From Macrostomum lignano (Eukaryota): a stretch of 64,000 nt of DNA. The position numbers were made by a program, and so were the translations under genes. Positions within the stretch are counted from its first letter, which is position 1. Each line of letters opens with the position of its first letter. Under the pieces are notes generated by a model. That model made no database searches. It was not told the DNA's origin and saw only the letters and a list, made by a program, of their open reading frames with translations. The stretch spans positions 248,001 to 312,000 of the forward strand of contig NIVC01000376.1 in the NCBI GenBank assembly GCA_002269645.1, in the 5' to 3' direction. Below, piece after piece: positions 34,101 through 45,678 of the stretch.

Positions 34101-36447
34101 GATCTGGGAGGCTGGCATCTAAGCCTGAAGATCTGGGAGGCTGGCATTTAAGCTTGAAGATCTGGGAGGCTGGCATCTAAGCCTGAAGATCTGGGAGGCT
34201 GGCATCTAAGCCTGAAGATCTGGGAGGCTGGCATCTAAGCCTGAGACCCAACAACAAGTGTCACAAAGTTCCCACCTGGCCAGCTGCAGCAGGGATTTCC
34301 ATTCAGCCCGCCACTCGGAGTCGCTCAGCCGGAGTCCGGTGGTTCGAGTCAGCTCGGCGTGAGTCTGCCAGCGCCATCGCCTGTAGAGAGCGGCGCTGCG
34401 CCGGCGCAGATAGCGGTGCAGGGCGGCGCGCAGAGTCAGCTGGCGGTCGTGCGCGCCGTACATGCCTGCAGTGCGGGCAGGCGCAAATATTGCTACTGTA
34501 AGTAGGCGACTAAGAAAGCGAATTTCTAATAGCACTAAAAGCGGCTAGGCTACAATATAAGTTTATAACAAATAACAGTTACCACTCGAACCCCGCACTC
34601 GAATTATTTCATGCGCAATATGAAACATGGATACGAGCGAGGCTGCCATTAAAAATTGAACGTAACGATAATAAAGCGCTTAGTAACATGCAGCATGGTA
34701 TGGAAAAAATATTGAAGTAAAATATAAACAATGTATTTTTTAAACTGAGCACTTTAAATTTCTATTGATCCTGGAAAAACATTTTGAAATACTTTGTTTA
34801 TTTAGACAGCTAAATCCAAACAGGACGCTTACTTATCCAGACTCCAACAATAAATTTTCTACCTCGGATTTTCAGACTCGGACACGCACTCAGAGTCCAA
34901 GACTTGGACGCTCAACTCAGCTCACCCCGACTCGGACACTTTCTCAACTAAATTCGGACATTCAACTCACCCAGACTCGGACAATCAACTCACCCAGACT
35001 CGGACATTCAACTCACCCAGACTCGGACAATCAACTCACCCAGACTCGGATATCAACTCACCCAGACTCGGACACTCAACTCACCCAAACTCGGACACTC
35101 AACTCACCCAGACTCGGACACATATCCCGTGTCCCAGACTCGGACACATATCCCGTGTCCCAGACTCGGACAATCAACTCACCCAGACTCGGACACTCAT
35201 CCAATGTCCCAGAATCGGACACTCATCCAATGTCCCAGACTCGCAGTCCCAGACTCGCAATCTAACCAGACTCGGACACTCATCCAATGTCCCAGACTCG
35301 GACACTTATCCAATGTCTCAGACTCGGACACTCATCCAATGTCCCAGACTCGGACACTTATCCAATGTCTCAGACTCGGACACTCATCCAAGTTCCCAGA
35401 CTCGGACACTCATCCAATGTCCCAGACTCGGACACTCATCCAATGTCCCAGACTCGGACACTCATCCAATGTCCCAGAATCAGACACTCATCCAATGACC
35501 CAGACTCGCAGTCCCAGACTCGCAATCTAACCAGAATCGGACACTCATCCAATGTCCCAGACTCGGACACTTATCCAATGTCTCAGACTCGGACACTCAT
35601 CCAATGTCCCAGACTCGGACACTTATCCAATGTCTCAGACTCGGACACTCATCCAAGTTCCCAGACTCGGACACTCATCCAATGTCCCAGACTCGGACAC
35701 TCATCCAATGTCCCAGAATCAGACACTCATCCAATGTCCCAGACTCGGACACTTATCCAATGTCTCAGACTCGGACACTCATCCAATGTCCCAGACTCGG
35801 ACACTCAACTCACATAGACTGATAGCGTGCAGCAGACAGTTGCCATCGCCGCTAGTTGCCAGGGGCCATAAGCGGCTGGCCAGGCCGTCCCGGTGCCACC
35901 AGTTCAAGCAGCCGGCCGCCTCCAGGCTGGCGAGAGCATTGGGATCCAGCAGGTCGGCTTCGATGAATTGGCGAAAGCCTTCAGGCTGCCGACTGAGATC
36001 TGGCAGTACAAAGGTGAACGGACAGCGGCAGGACAGCGAAGAGGCGGCAGCGGCAGCCGAGCCCTGCTGCTGGGTAGCGAATTTGCCGTTTTTCCTACGT
36101 CGGCTCAGCAGCAGCCGTCCTGGCGCACCGACAACAAATCTGGCGGCGCTTTTGCCACTGCTGCCGCCACCGTCGCCGCCGCCCACAACGCAAGACAGCG
36201 TTGCCGGCAGGAGCCGACCGCCGGTTGGTTTCGGCATCGAGGAGGAGCAAGCGGCGCTGGTGGCAGCGTTTGTCGCAGTAGCGGAAGCGGCGGCCGAGGA
36301 GGATTTGGTCGGTTGCGACGCGACAGCAGCCGAAGTTGTTGGCGAAGAATCGTCTAGCGCGCAGCTGCTGAAGCCGCGGTGAGGGCGCACCTGGCGAGGG
36401 CGCGGCTGCGGCTGCAGTGCACCGACTGTGGCTGACATTGGATAGGC
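31172..36447 (-). CDS. OTUD7: A20-like OTU deubiquitinase (OTUD7/Cezanne type)
   Basis: Exons (minus) 36447-35814, 34465-34276, 33659-33026, then 31608 onward with a frame switch near 31400 to the stop at 31172. Motifs: FTFVLPDL...FIEADL...LNWW...LATSGDGNCLLHA (catalytic Cys), RRWRWQ...EWRAEW, YSSLEEIHVFVAANVIRRPIVVVAD, AFHSAHFSAL (catalytic His). The 5' end (ATG 36438 or an upstream exon) is uncertain. Confidence 0.88.
31705..32930. repeat. Polypurine (GA-rich) low-complexity array
   Basis: Almost only G and A on the + strand for 1.2 kb, within an OTUD7 intron. Confidence 0.97.
33765..34245. repeat. 28/29-bp minisatellite, same family as 11054-12428
   Basis: CCCAGCAACTGAGGATCTGGGAGGCTGG units grading into CATCTAAGCCTGAAGATCTGGGAGGCTGG. 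Confidence 0.95.
34870..35812. repeat. 23-26-bp minisatellite (CCCAGACTCGGACACTCATCCAATGT)
   Basis: Tandem units abutting the OTUD7 donor at 35813. Confidence 0.95.
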
Positions 36448-36624
36448 CTGCGAGGAGGAGGGTCGAGTACATCTTAGCTGCAGGGCAGTCCGAAGACGCA
36501 GCGGGGAGGCGAGCGTCGCCCATTCCGCTAGTCGAGTACATCGAGACAAAGTACATTGGGACTTGGGAGTCTATCTGCTGGAAAACTACAAAAATCTATA
36601 GGGATAGTGTAGAGTGAACTCCGG

Positions 36625-36855
36625 CCTAAATCTAACCAAATTCTACCTAAATCTAACCAGATGCTACCAGATGCTACCAAAATCTAACCAGATTCTACCT
36701 TAATGTAACTAGATACTACCTAAATCTAACTAGATACTACCTAAATGTAACTAGATACTACATAAATCTAACTACATACTACCTAAATCTAACTAGATAC
36801 TACCTAAACCAAATTTGATGCTACCTAAACCAAATTTGATGCTACCTAAATCTTA
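36625..36855. repeat. ~21-bp degenerate minisatellite (ACCTAAATCTAACTAGATACT)
   Basis: Visible tandem units. Confidence 0.85.
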
Positions 36856-39429
36856 ATAGATCTTACAATATCTCTTGTATTAAGATCAACGCAAGCACTT
36901 ATATTTATATGTATAAATAAGCTATTTCTATTCTTTTTTTTCTCCATTCAAAAATATTGATATTTAGATAGATGCCAAAGCTATTTATTAGGTTTCTAAG
37001 TTAATTTATCTTCTTTGCTAATGACAATAGTTGCTAATATTTACTAAGACTTTGTCAGACACAATTTCCAACTTGTTAAGTTTTTCTATCAATAAAAATA
37101 TTAGAACATTATTTTTTCACTTCAATTTGATTTTCAGGATCTAAAATATAAAACAGATAAAAGAATAAATTTAACATACATTGGCAACTAATTTGTTTGT
37201 TAAAGTTCAATTGCCACATTATTACACACAAAGGCAGACTATATTTAGTATTTTAATATTAAAAAGGATAATACTATTAATACATAAGCTAGAAAAATGT
37301 TGCCAAAACATACTACTAAAACAGCCATCTATAAATATACTCTTATGGATACAATTCAGGGTCTCCCTTTAAAGGTCATTCAGATATAGCCTATTGACTA
37401 TAAGAAAGTCAGTGATAAACCTTTTGCTTCTTTTGCTCCTTTTGTTAATTTTAAATTAATAATAAATTGAAGTAGTATAAATTATTGCTAAGAGCATCAA
37501 TTTTGCATCATTATTACTGTAGGTATAATTTAAGTTTGTTTAAAATGAAAATGTTTGTAGTATTTTAAAAAGACTTTTTGTACAAAAGCCTTTCCTAGAT
37601 AGAAAACTCTATTTGTGAAAACTAAATGACCTGACACCTAAATGATGAAAAGAATTTTTTTGGCATATATTTTAGAGATTTTTTTGTTTTTAGTGAACAC
37701 TGGCATATATTTAGATGAGCTAGGATTCTTGTTCTGGTGTACATTATTACACAATCTGCAACATGGCTACAGTAGGGTCTAGGGGGCCTACTCTATAAAA
37801 AATTGTATGAAAAATAGTTTTTTAATAGAAATTAGGCCTATTAGCAAAGACTAATATAAAAAGTACTAATTTTTTGTGTTTTTTGTATTAGCATCATTTT
37901 AAAGCAATTTTGCTTCTAGAAAATAATATGAAATTCTTAATTCTAGGTCTCCAATCTATAAACCTAAAACTAAAATCTTAAATAAAATTCTTCCTTTGCC
38001 ACTACAGCATGAATTGCATATCAGGCCTTAATTTATGCTGATATAGGGACTGAATTAGGCCTATAAGTTTGACTATAGGCCCTAACAAATATTTTAGCTG
38101 CCAATACAGTACACATAAAATTGTATTATTATGTATTATAGTTACTGTTACGTGTTACAGAATAGTATCTCTTTAAAATTAGACTATGACCTATGCCTAA
38201 ATCAAAACAATAGGCCTATAACTTTCATCTGACAGTTAACTATATGGACGTTGTAATTATGCCATGGTAACATTTATTGGTCGAAAACGTGGTGGGGCTG
38301 GTTAGTACATTAACATACCTTTTGCTTTTGGTTTTTTGCTATTGAGTTTCACTTTCAGTAATTATAATTTTATTTAGAATGTCGATATCTGGTATGAAAA
38401 GTATGTAACAAGACACTCCATTGAGTCATAAACTGGGTTTGCAATCTGCTGATTTTGATAACTTGTGCTGTTTGGCGTATGCTACGGAAAATATCATTAA
38501 GAGTTAAGGATGAGCAGGCATGAGTCAGGATAAATATGAATCTAACGAACTTTCAAAAATGCGTAACGCCTGACCGATGCCAATAAATTAGTAAAACAAG
38601 TGCTTTATAAAGTCAAAAACAAATATCTAATTTTTGTATAAGTTTTTAAAAAGAAGGTTAGGAATTTTTTTAAAACAAAAATTAAAGTTAAAAAAACATT
38701 TTATGGCGTTGTTAACTTCGTAAAGTTAACTTCGTAACAACTTAACTTGTTAGCTGTTGAATATTAGACAACTCAAACAGAATGAACTTTATTTTAATAT
38801 AGCTGTACGCATCGTTAGGGTATGATTTTTAGGTTTTTTGCTTTTTTCCTGTCTTTTCAAAACACAACCCTAAATTTGACAATACGTTAATTGCATTGAT
38901 TATTATCACAACAAGACGTAAATTTGAATGGGGAACAATTACATGTATATAATAACCCCGCAGCAATCCTACATACGTGCGATGATATCGGCCGACCGTT
39001 TTCGACGTCTATCGATTCCGCTGCAAGTATATGTACTTTTACATTACATGGACGGATAACGTCGTCTTAGGTCGGCTGAACGTCATTTAAATGTTAGTAT
39101 GTTAGGTTCATTGCACACAACACATGTACTAATAATATTTAGTGCCGCGTATTAATTCGGCCAGGTCACAGCCGGGCATGAGTCACTACCCACACACACA
39201 AATCAGTTTTTAAATGCTTCATACACAGCTCAATAGTTTAAAAAGGAAATTGTAGAAAACTTGAGCAATCAGCCAAACAATTGTATGCATGTGCACCTAT
39301 GTGCCGCCACGTGACAAATTATATTTCGGTGGCAGCACGCAAAGCCTTGGACAGTCGATCTGCACTGAGAAGTTTTTTATGAGGCGGTGTGAAGCGAACC
39401 GGAATTAAGTTGACCGAGTATGCAGTAGC

Positions 39430-41335
39430 TATAGGAGCTGTTAGGGGAGCTGTGGGGGTAGCTGCGGGGAAGCTGTTGAAAGAGCTGTGGAGGAGCTGTG
39501 TGGGGAGCTGTGGAGGGAGCTATGGGGGGAGCTGCGTGGGGAGCTGTTGTAGGAGCTGTGGGGGGAGCTGTGGGGGAGCTGTGGGGAGAGCTGTGGAGGA
39601 GCTGTGTTGGGAGCTATGGAGGGAGCTATGGGGGGAGCTGTTGTAGGAGCTGTGGGGGGAGCTTGGGGGAGCTGTGGGGAGAGCTGTGGAGGAGCTGTGT
39701 TGGGAGCTGTGGAGGGAGCTATGGGGGGAGCTGCGTGGGGAGCTGTTGTAGGAGCTGTGAGGGGGGGCTGTGGGGGAGCTGTGGGGTTAGCTGTAGGGGG
39801 AGCTGTGGGGGGAGCTGTGGGGGAGCTGTGGGGAGAGCTGTGGAGGAGCTGTGTTGGGAGCTGTGGGGGAGCTGTGGGGGAGCTGTGGGGGAGCTGTGGG
39901 GAGAGCTGTGGGGTTAGCTGTAGGGGGAGCTGTGGGGGGAGCTGTAGGGGGAGCTGTGGGGGGAGCTGTAGGGGGAGCTGTAGGGGAGCTGTGGGGAGAG
40001 CTGTGGCGGGAGCTGTGGCGGGAGCTGTGGGGGAGCTGTGGGGAGAGCTGTGGGGGAGCTGTGGGGGGAGCTGTGGGGGGAGCAGTGGGGGAGCTGTGGG
40101 GGGAGCAGTGGGGGGAGCTGTGGTGGGAGCAGTGGGGGGAGCTGTGGGGGGAGCTGTGGGGGAGCAGTGGGGGAGCTGTGGCGGGAGCTGTATGGGGAGC
40201 AGTGGGGGAGCTGTGGCGGGAGCTGTGGGGGAGCTTTGGGGGGAGCTGTGGCGGGAGCTGTGGGGGAGCTGTGGGGGAGCTGTGGGGGGAGCTGTGGCGG
40301 GAGCTGTGGGGGAGCTGTGGGGGAGCTGTGGGGAGCAGTGGGGGAGCTGTGGGGAGAGCTGTGGGGAGCAGTGGGGGAGCTGTGGGGAGCTGTGGGGGAG
40401 CTGTGGGGGGAGCTGTTGGGGAAACTGTGGGGGCTGTTGGAGGAGCTGTTGGGGAAACTGTGGGGGAGCTGTTGGGGAGCTGTAGGGGGAGCTGTAGGGG
40501 AGCTGTGGGGGAGCTGTGGCGGGAGCTGTGGCGGGAGCTGTGGGGGAGCTGTGGGGGGAGCTGTTGGGGAAACTGTGGAAGAGCTGTTGGAGGAGCTGTG
40601 GGGGCTGTTGGAGGAGCTGTTGGGGAAACTGTGGGGGAGCTGTGGGGGGAGCTGTTGGGGAAACTGTGGAAGAGCTGTTGGAGGAGCTGTGGGGGCTGTT
40701 GGAGGAGCTGTTGGGGAAACTGTGGAAGAGCTGTTGGAGGAGCTGTGGAGGCTGTTGGAGGAGCTGTTGGGGAAACTGTGGGGGAGCTGTGGGGGGAGCT
40801 GTTGGGGAAACTGTGGAAGAGCTGTTGGAGGAGCTGTGGGGGCTGTTGGAGGAGCTGTTGGGGAAACTGTGGGGGAGCTGTGGGGGGAGCTGTTGGGGAA
40901 ACTGTGGAAGAGCTGTTGGAGGAGCTGTGGGGGCTGTGGGAGGAGCTGTTGGGGAAACTGTGGAAGAGCTGTTGGAGGAGCTGTGGGGGCTGTGGGAGGA
41001 GCTGTTGGGGAAACTGTGGAAGAGCTGTTGGAGGAGCTGTGGGGGCTGTGGGAGGAGCTGTTGGGGAAACTGTGGAAGAGCTGTTGGAGGAGCTGTGGGG
41101 GCTGTTGGAGGAGCTGTTGGGGAAACTGTGGGGGAGCTGTTGGAGGAGCTGTAGGCGGGAGCTGTGAGGGGGAGCTGTTGGGGAAACTGTGGGGGCTGTT
41201 GGAGGAGCTGTTGGGGAAACTGTGGGGGAGATGTTGGAGGAGCTGTAGGCGGTAGCTGTGGTGGAGCAGTGGGGGGAGCTGTGGAGGAGCTGTTGGGGTA
41301 GCTGTTGGAGAAGCTGTGTGGGGAGTTGTTGGAAT
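39430..41335. repeat. G-rich GGGAGCTGT-based satellite (~1.9 kb)
   Basis: Hierarchical GGGGGAGCTGT units; source of all ORFs at 39389-41359. Confidence 0.97.
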
Positions 41336-42496
41336 CTGCAGTAAAGAGTTTAATGACAACTAAAGCTCACTCTACTGCATGTACAAGTACATGCACCACA
41401 ATTATCATCCACCAGAAGTGGCCGCACGGTAATTAACAGGTCAAATTTCGAAATGAGACGGAAACTCGGTAATAGACTGTCAGCTCGCGCTGACACTGCA
41501 TGTAGATAACGGCTTTGAGTTCGAGTTCGAGAGCAAAGCTTTGATAAAAAATTGTCTTGGCAGGTAAAAATCTGTCACTATCGAAGGGTGTTGTGTCCCG
41601 AGTATTACTATGCTGTCAAGTCGCTTAATTGTTCGGTTTTTATTGGCAGCTCCCAGACAGAATGGCGCCAGTCCGCCCGAATAAACTGACTGTCTGTACG
41701 GCAGCCAGGGCGCCTTTCACATGGCAGCTGATATTGTTAGTGATTTAAGTTTCAAACCAGCCTTAAGCATACCAGCTCGAAGAGCAGATCTAGACATAAA
41801 AAAGGTGTGAAACTTTGTGAAACTGAAATAAGGTGTGAAATAACGCATTCTTAAAGCCACGGTTTTCTGTTCGAATTTTAGCTCTCTAATTTAGACATTA
41901 AACAGAGCAATTTGTCTACACTAGCTAATCTTCCAGACTACCCCTTTGTAACTGGGTGAGTAAGATCAATCTTTATGTATACTGGTAGTTATAAATATCA
42001 AGGTTCCACGACCTACGTTATTAAGAACGACGCAATTTAATTTCTTGTTAGAAATTCTGAATTATTAATGCACGATTGTTTTTTTTTCATGTGTAGCAAT
42101 GCTTATTTGTCAGCTCGCGACAGATGCTTTCTCAGGAGAAGCAGTCTGGCAGTCAGACATTTTTGGGTTGGTTGAACAGCGCGGGTTACAAGCTATTCGG
42201 TGCAGGCGGACAGGGTGGTGCTTTCACACTTGCCTGAGAGCGCCAACATGTGTAGCAATCCTCGTAACTACGTCTTTTAATGCATGCACAAGACAAGAAA
42301 AATGGAAATCAAATAAAATTTATTGAAAGCAACCAGTTACATTTATGAAGGATCCAAATCAAAGCTAAGGTTTAGCTGACATATTGAAGCAAATGTCTTT
42401 TCGGACAAAGGCTAAGACTTCTTCGAAGCGAGTCTTTCAAATGGCTTCAACAAGTCATCAAGTACGTTCAATGAGTCATACTTCTGAATTGTTTGT

Positions 42497-43528
<1,032 letters not shown>

Positions 43529-45678
43529 CAGGTCGGTAAGTTCTCCTCCGAATCTTTGACGTGACTTCTACAAGGCTGACCGCAATTTCCCGTGCATTCT
43601 CTCAAACTGCACTTTTCCCGATTGGCAAAGCGGTCATTGGATCGGGATGTCCAACTTTTCCTCTCCCGATTACAAAAAACTCGGTTCAACGTAGCAAAAA
43701 ATCGAAGAGTCGCAAGCAAGGCTTGCAAGTGGTTGCGGCATTGTATTGCACATTCCAAAACAGGTTTTTTTACTAAAACTAGGATCTTTTTGAAGTGAAT
43801 AATTTCTTATGATTGATATTCAATTTTGAGCAGCACACTATATAGTGCTGCCAACCGATAGAATCACTTCTACTGAGATCAGTAACACTTAAAAACTCAA
43901 TTATTCACTAAGAATATGGCCTATTACTGGCAGTTCCAGTCTCTGACGCAGAGCAGACTGATGGAAGACGAGGCAAGATCAACTGTTTGATTCCCATCCG
44001 ATTGTATTTGTAGTAGTAAAACATTTGTAGCTACCCAAACAATAAAGCGTTTAATTAATAATCCAAGGTAACAATCTAATTTCAGGAGGCCACAACTGTC
44101 TTCATCGAGGAGGACTCGACCAGTCGACAACGACCTGACTCTAGACGAGATCGGCAGTTTGTTTTGAAACAAATTAGAGAAGTGAGTTGACGCGTTGATG
44201 AGAGAAATACATGCATCTTACTTGTAGCTACAGGCGGCTTTTTTGCGCACCTTAGCTTTAGCTGTTGACAGGTGAATACGTTCTGAGCAAGCTTTTGTAA
44301 GATTCCTTTCGTATGGACTCTATGCGCACTCATGGTGCGCACGAGCGTATATGGCATTGTTGCAAGATCAAGCCGTGCACTATCTCTCCATTGTCTCATG
44401 AATTTGATTTTAGTAGCCTTGATGAGTAATGATTTCAACGCGTTGAATAATGAGCGTACAGCATGGGACAATCACTACATATCCCCACCACGATACGCGA
44501 TCACACGAGCCGTTAAGCACGCTTTTAGCATTTAAAATGCACGCTGAATCGTGTTATAATATACGTTCTTTGCCGACTTTAAGAGCATTTCTTAGAAAAT
44601 GTTCAAAATCGAGTGCTAAAGATGTAAAATGCAGTATAAAATATTCTACAAAAAATATAAAATGTCTCTGCAAAAAGTTGAAAAAGTGGAAACCCATTTC
44701 CGACAGAACTCAGTAGGTCAATGACGAGTAAAGGAATTAGGTAACAGAGTATCATAGAATCCAGTTGGTGATGTCTGAACACAGACCAACTTTACACTGC
44801 ATAAGATCGGAGACCGAGATGCCGGTCTGACTTCATGGTGATAAGTAGTCCACGGTGTAGTAGTCAAAACTGGTTGATGTTCACTTGTTCACTCTGAACT
44901 GAAGGCGTCGTGATGGACTTTGCGTCGCATGAATGAATGCAACTTCAGTATAACGCTCTGTATCAGTCGAAGGAATGAATTATGAGCCACTTTATGACCT
45001 TGCTTTGATCATACGAGTAACGTCGTGCGATTCACACCATGAAGGTCAATCCCCAAGGCACAGAGACTTTACATGCCTGACGGTTAGAAAGTCAGGGCCG
45101 CTGTACACCCTTTGCTTGCGTATATACCTGTGAGTGTGCTCAGGGGTCTGCAGAATGGGCATGACTGTACTGGCTGCGGGTCCATTGTCACCTAGATAAT
45201 CGGTAGAGCCCCAAAGTCCAATGCGATCGAATTAACTGAACAAACACCTTAGCGATGTTCCTGACTGCTTTTATTCTTTTAGTTGCATGGATCAGGCTAA
45301 TATCCGTTTCTGAATCTGACCTGAATCTTTTAGCATTACTTTATACGCTCAGCTTGCAATCTATACATAATGCGACAAGATTAAGGGACATTAAAATATA
45401 AAACTCATGAGCCAATAGTTGGTTGGCTAAACGGCTTGAGCACAGTAGTCTGCATGTGCTCAAGCCATCCAGCCAATGAGAACAGCTAAGCGCGGAGGTG
45501 CTTGAGCGACGGAACGGCAGGAAAAATTTAGAGTCTATGAGCGGCAGCGGTCTACCATTTTTGGCAGCAATGAGTCACTTAAATTCACCCCGCCCCACCG
45601 GACCAACCGAAAAAAACTGGCTCAGCAGCCCAGCTTGAAATTAATTTTTTAATTTTTAATTTTTATATAAATTTTTAG

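Noticed and set aside
39389-41359. 200-480-aa Gly/Ala/Val or Pro/Ser ORFs
   Set aside because: Artefacts of the G-rich satellite.
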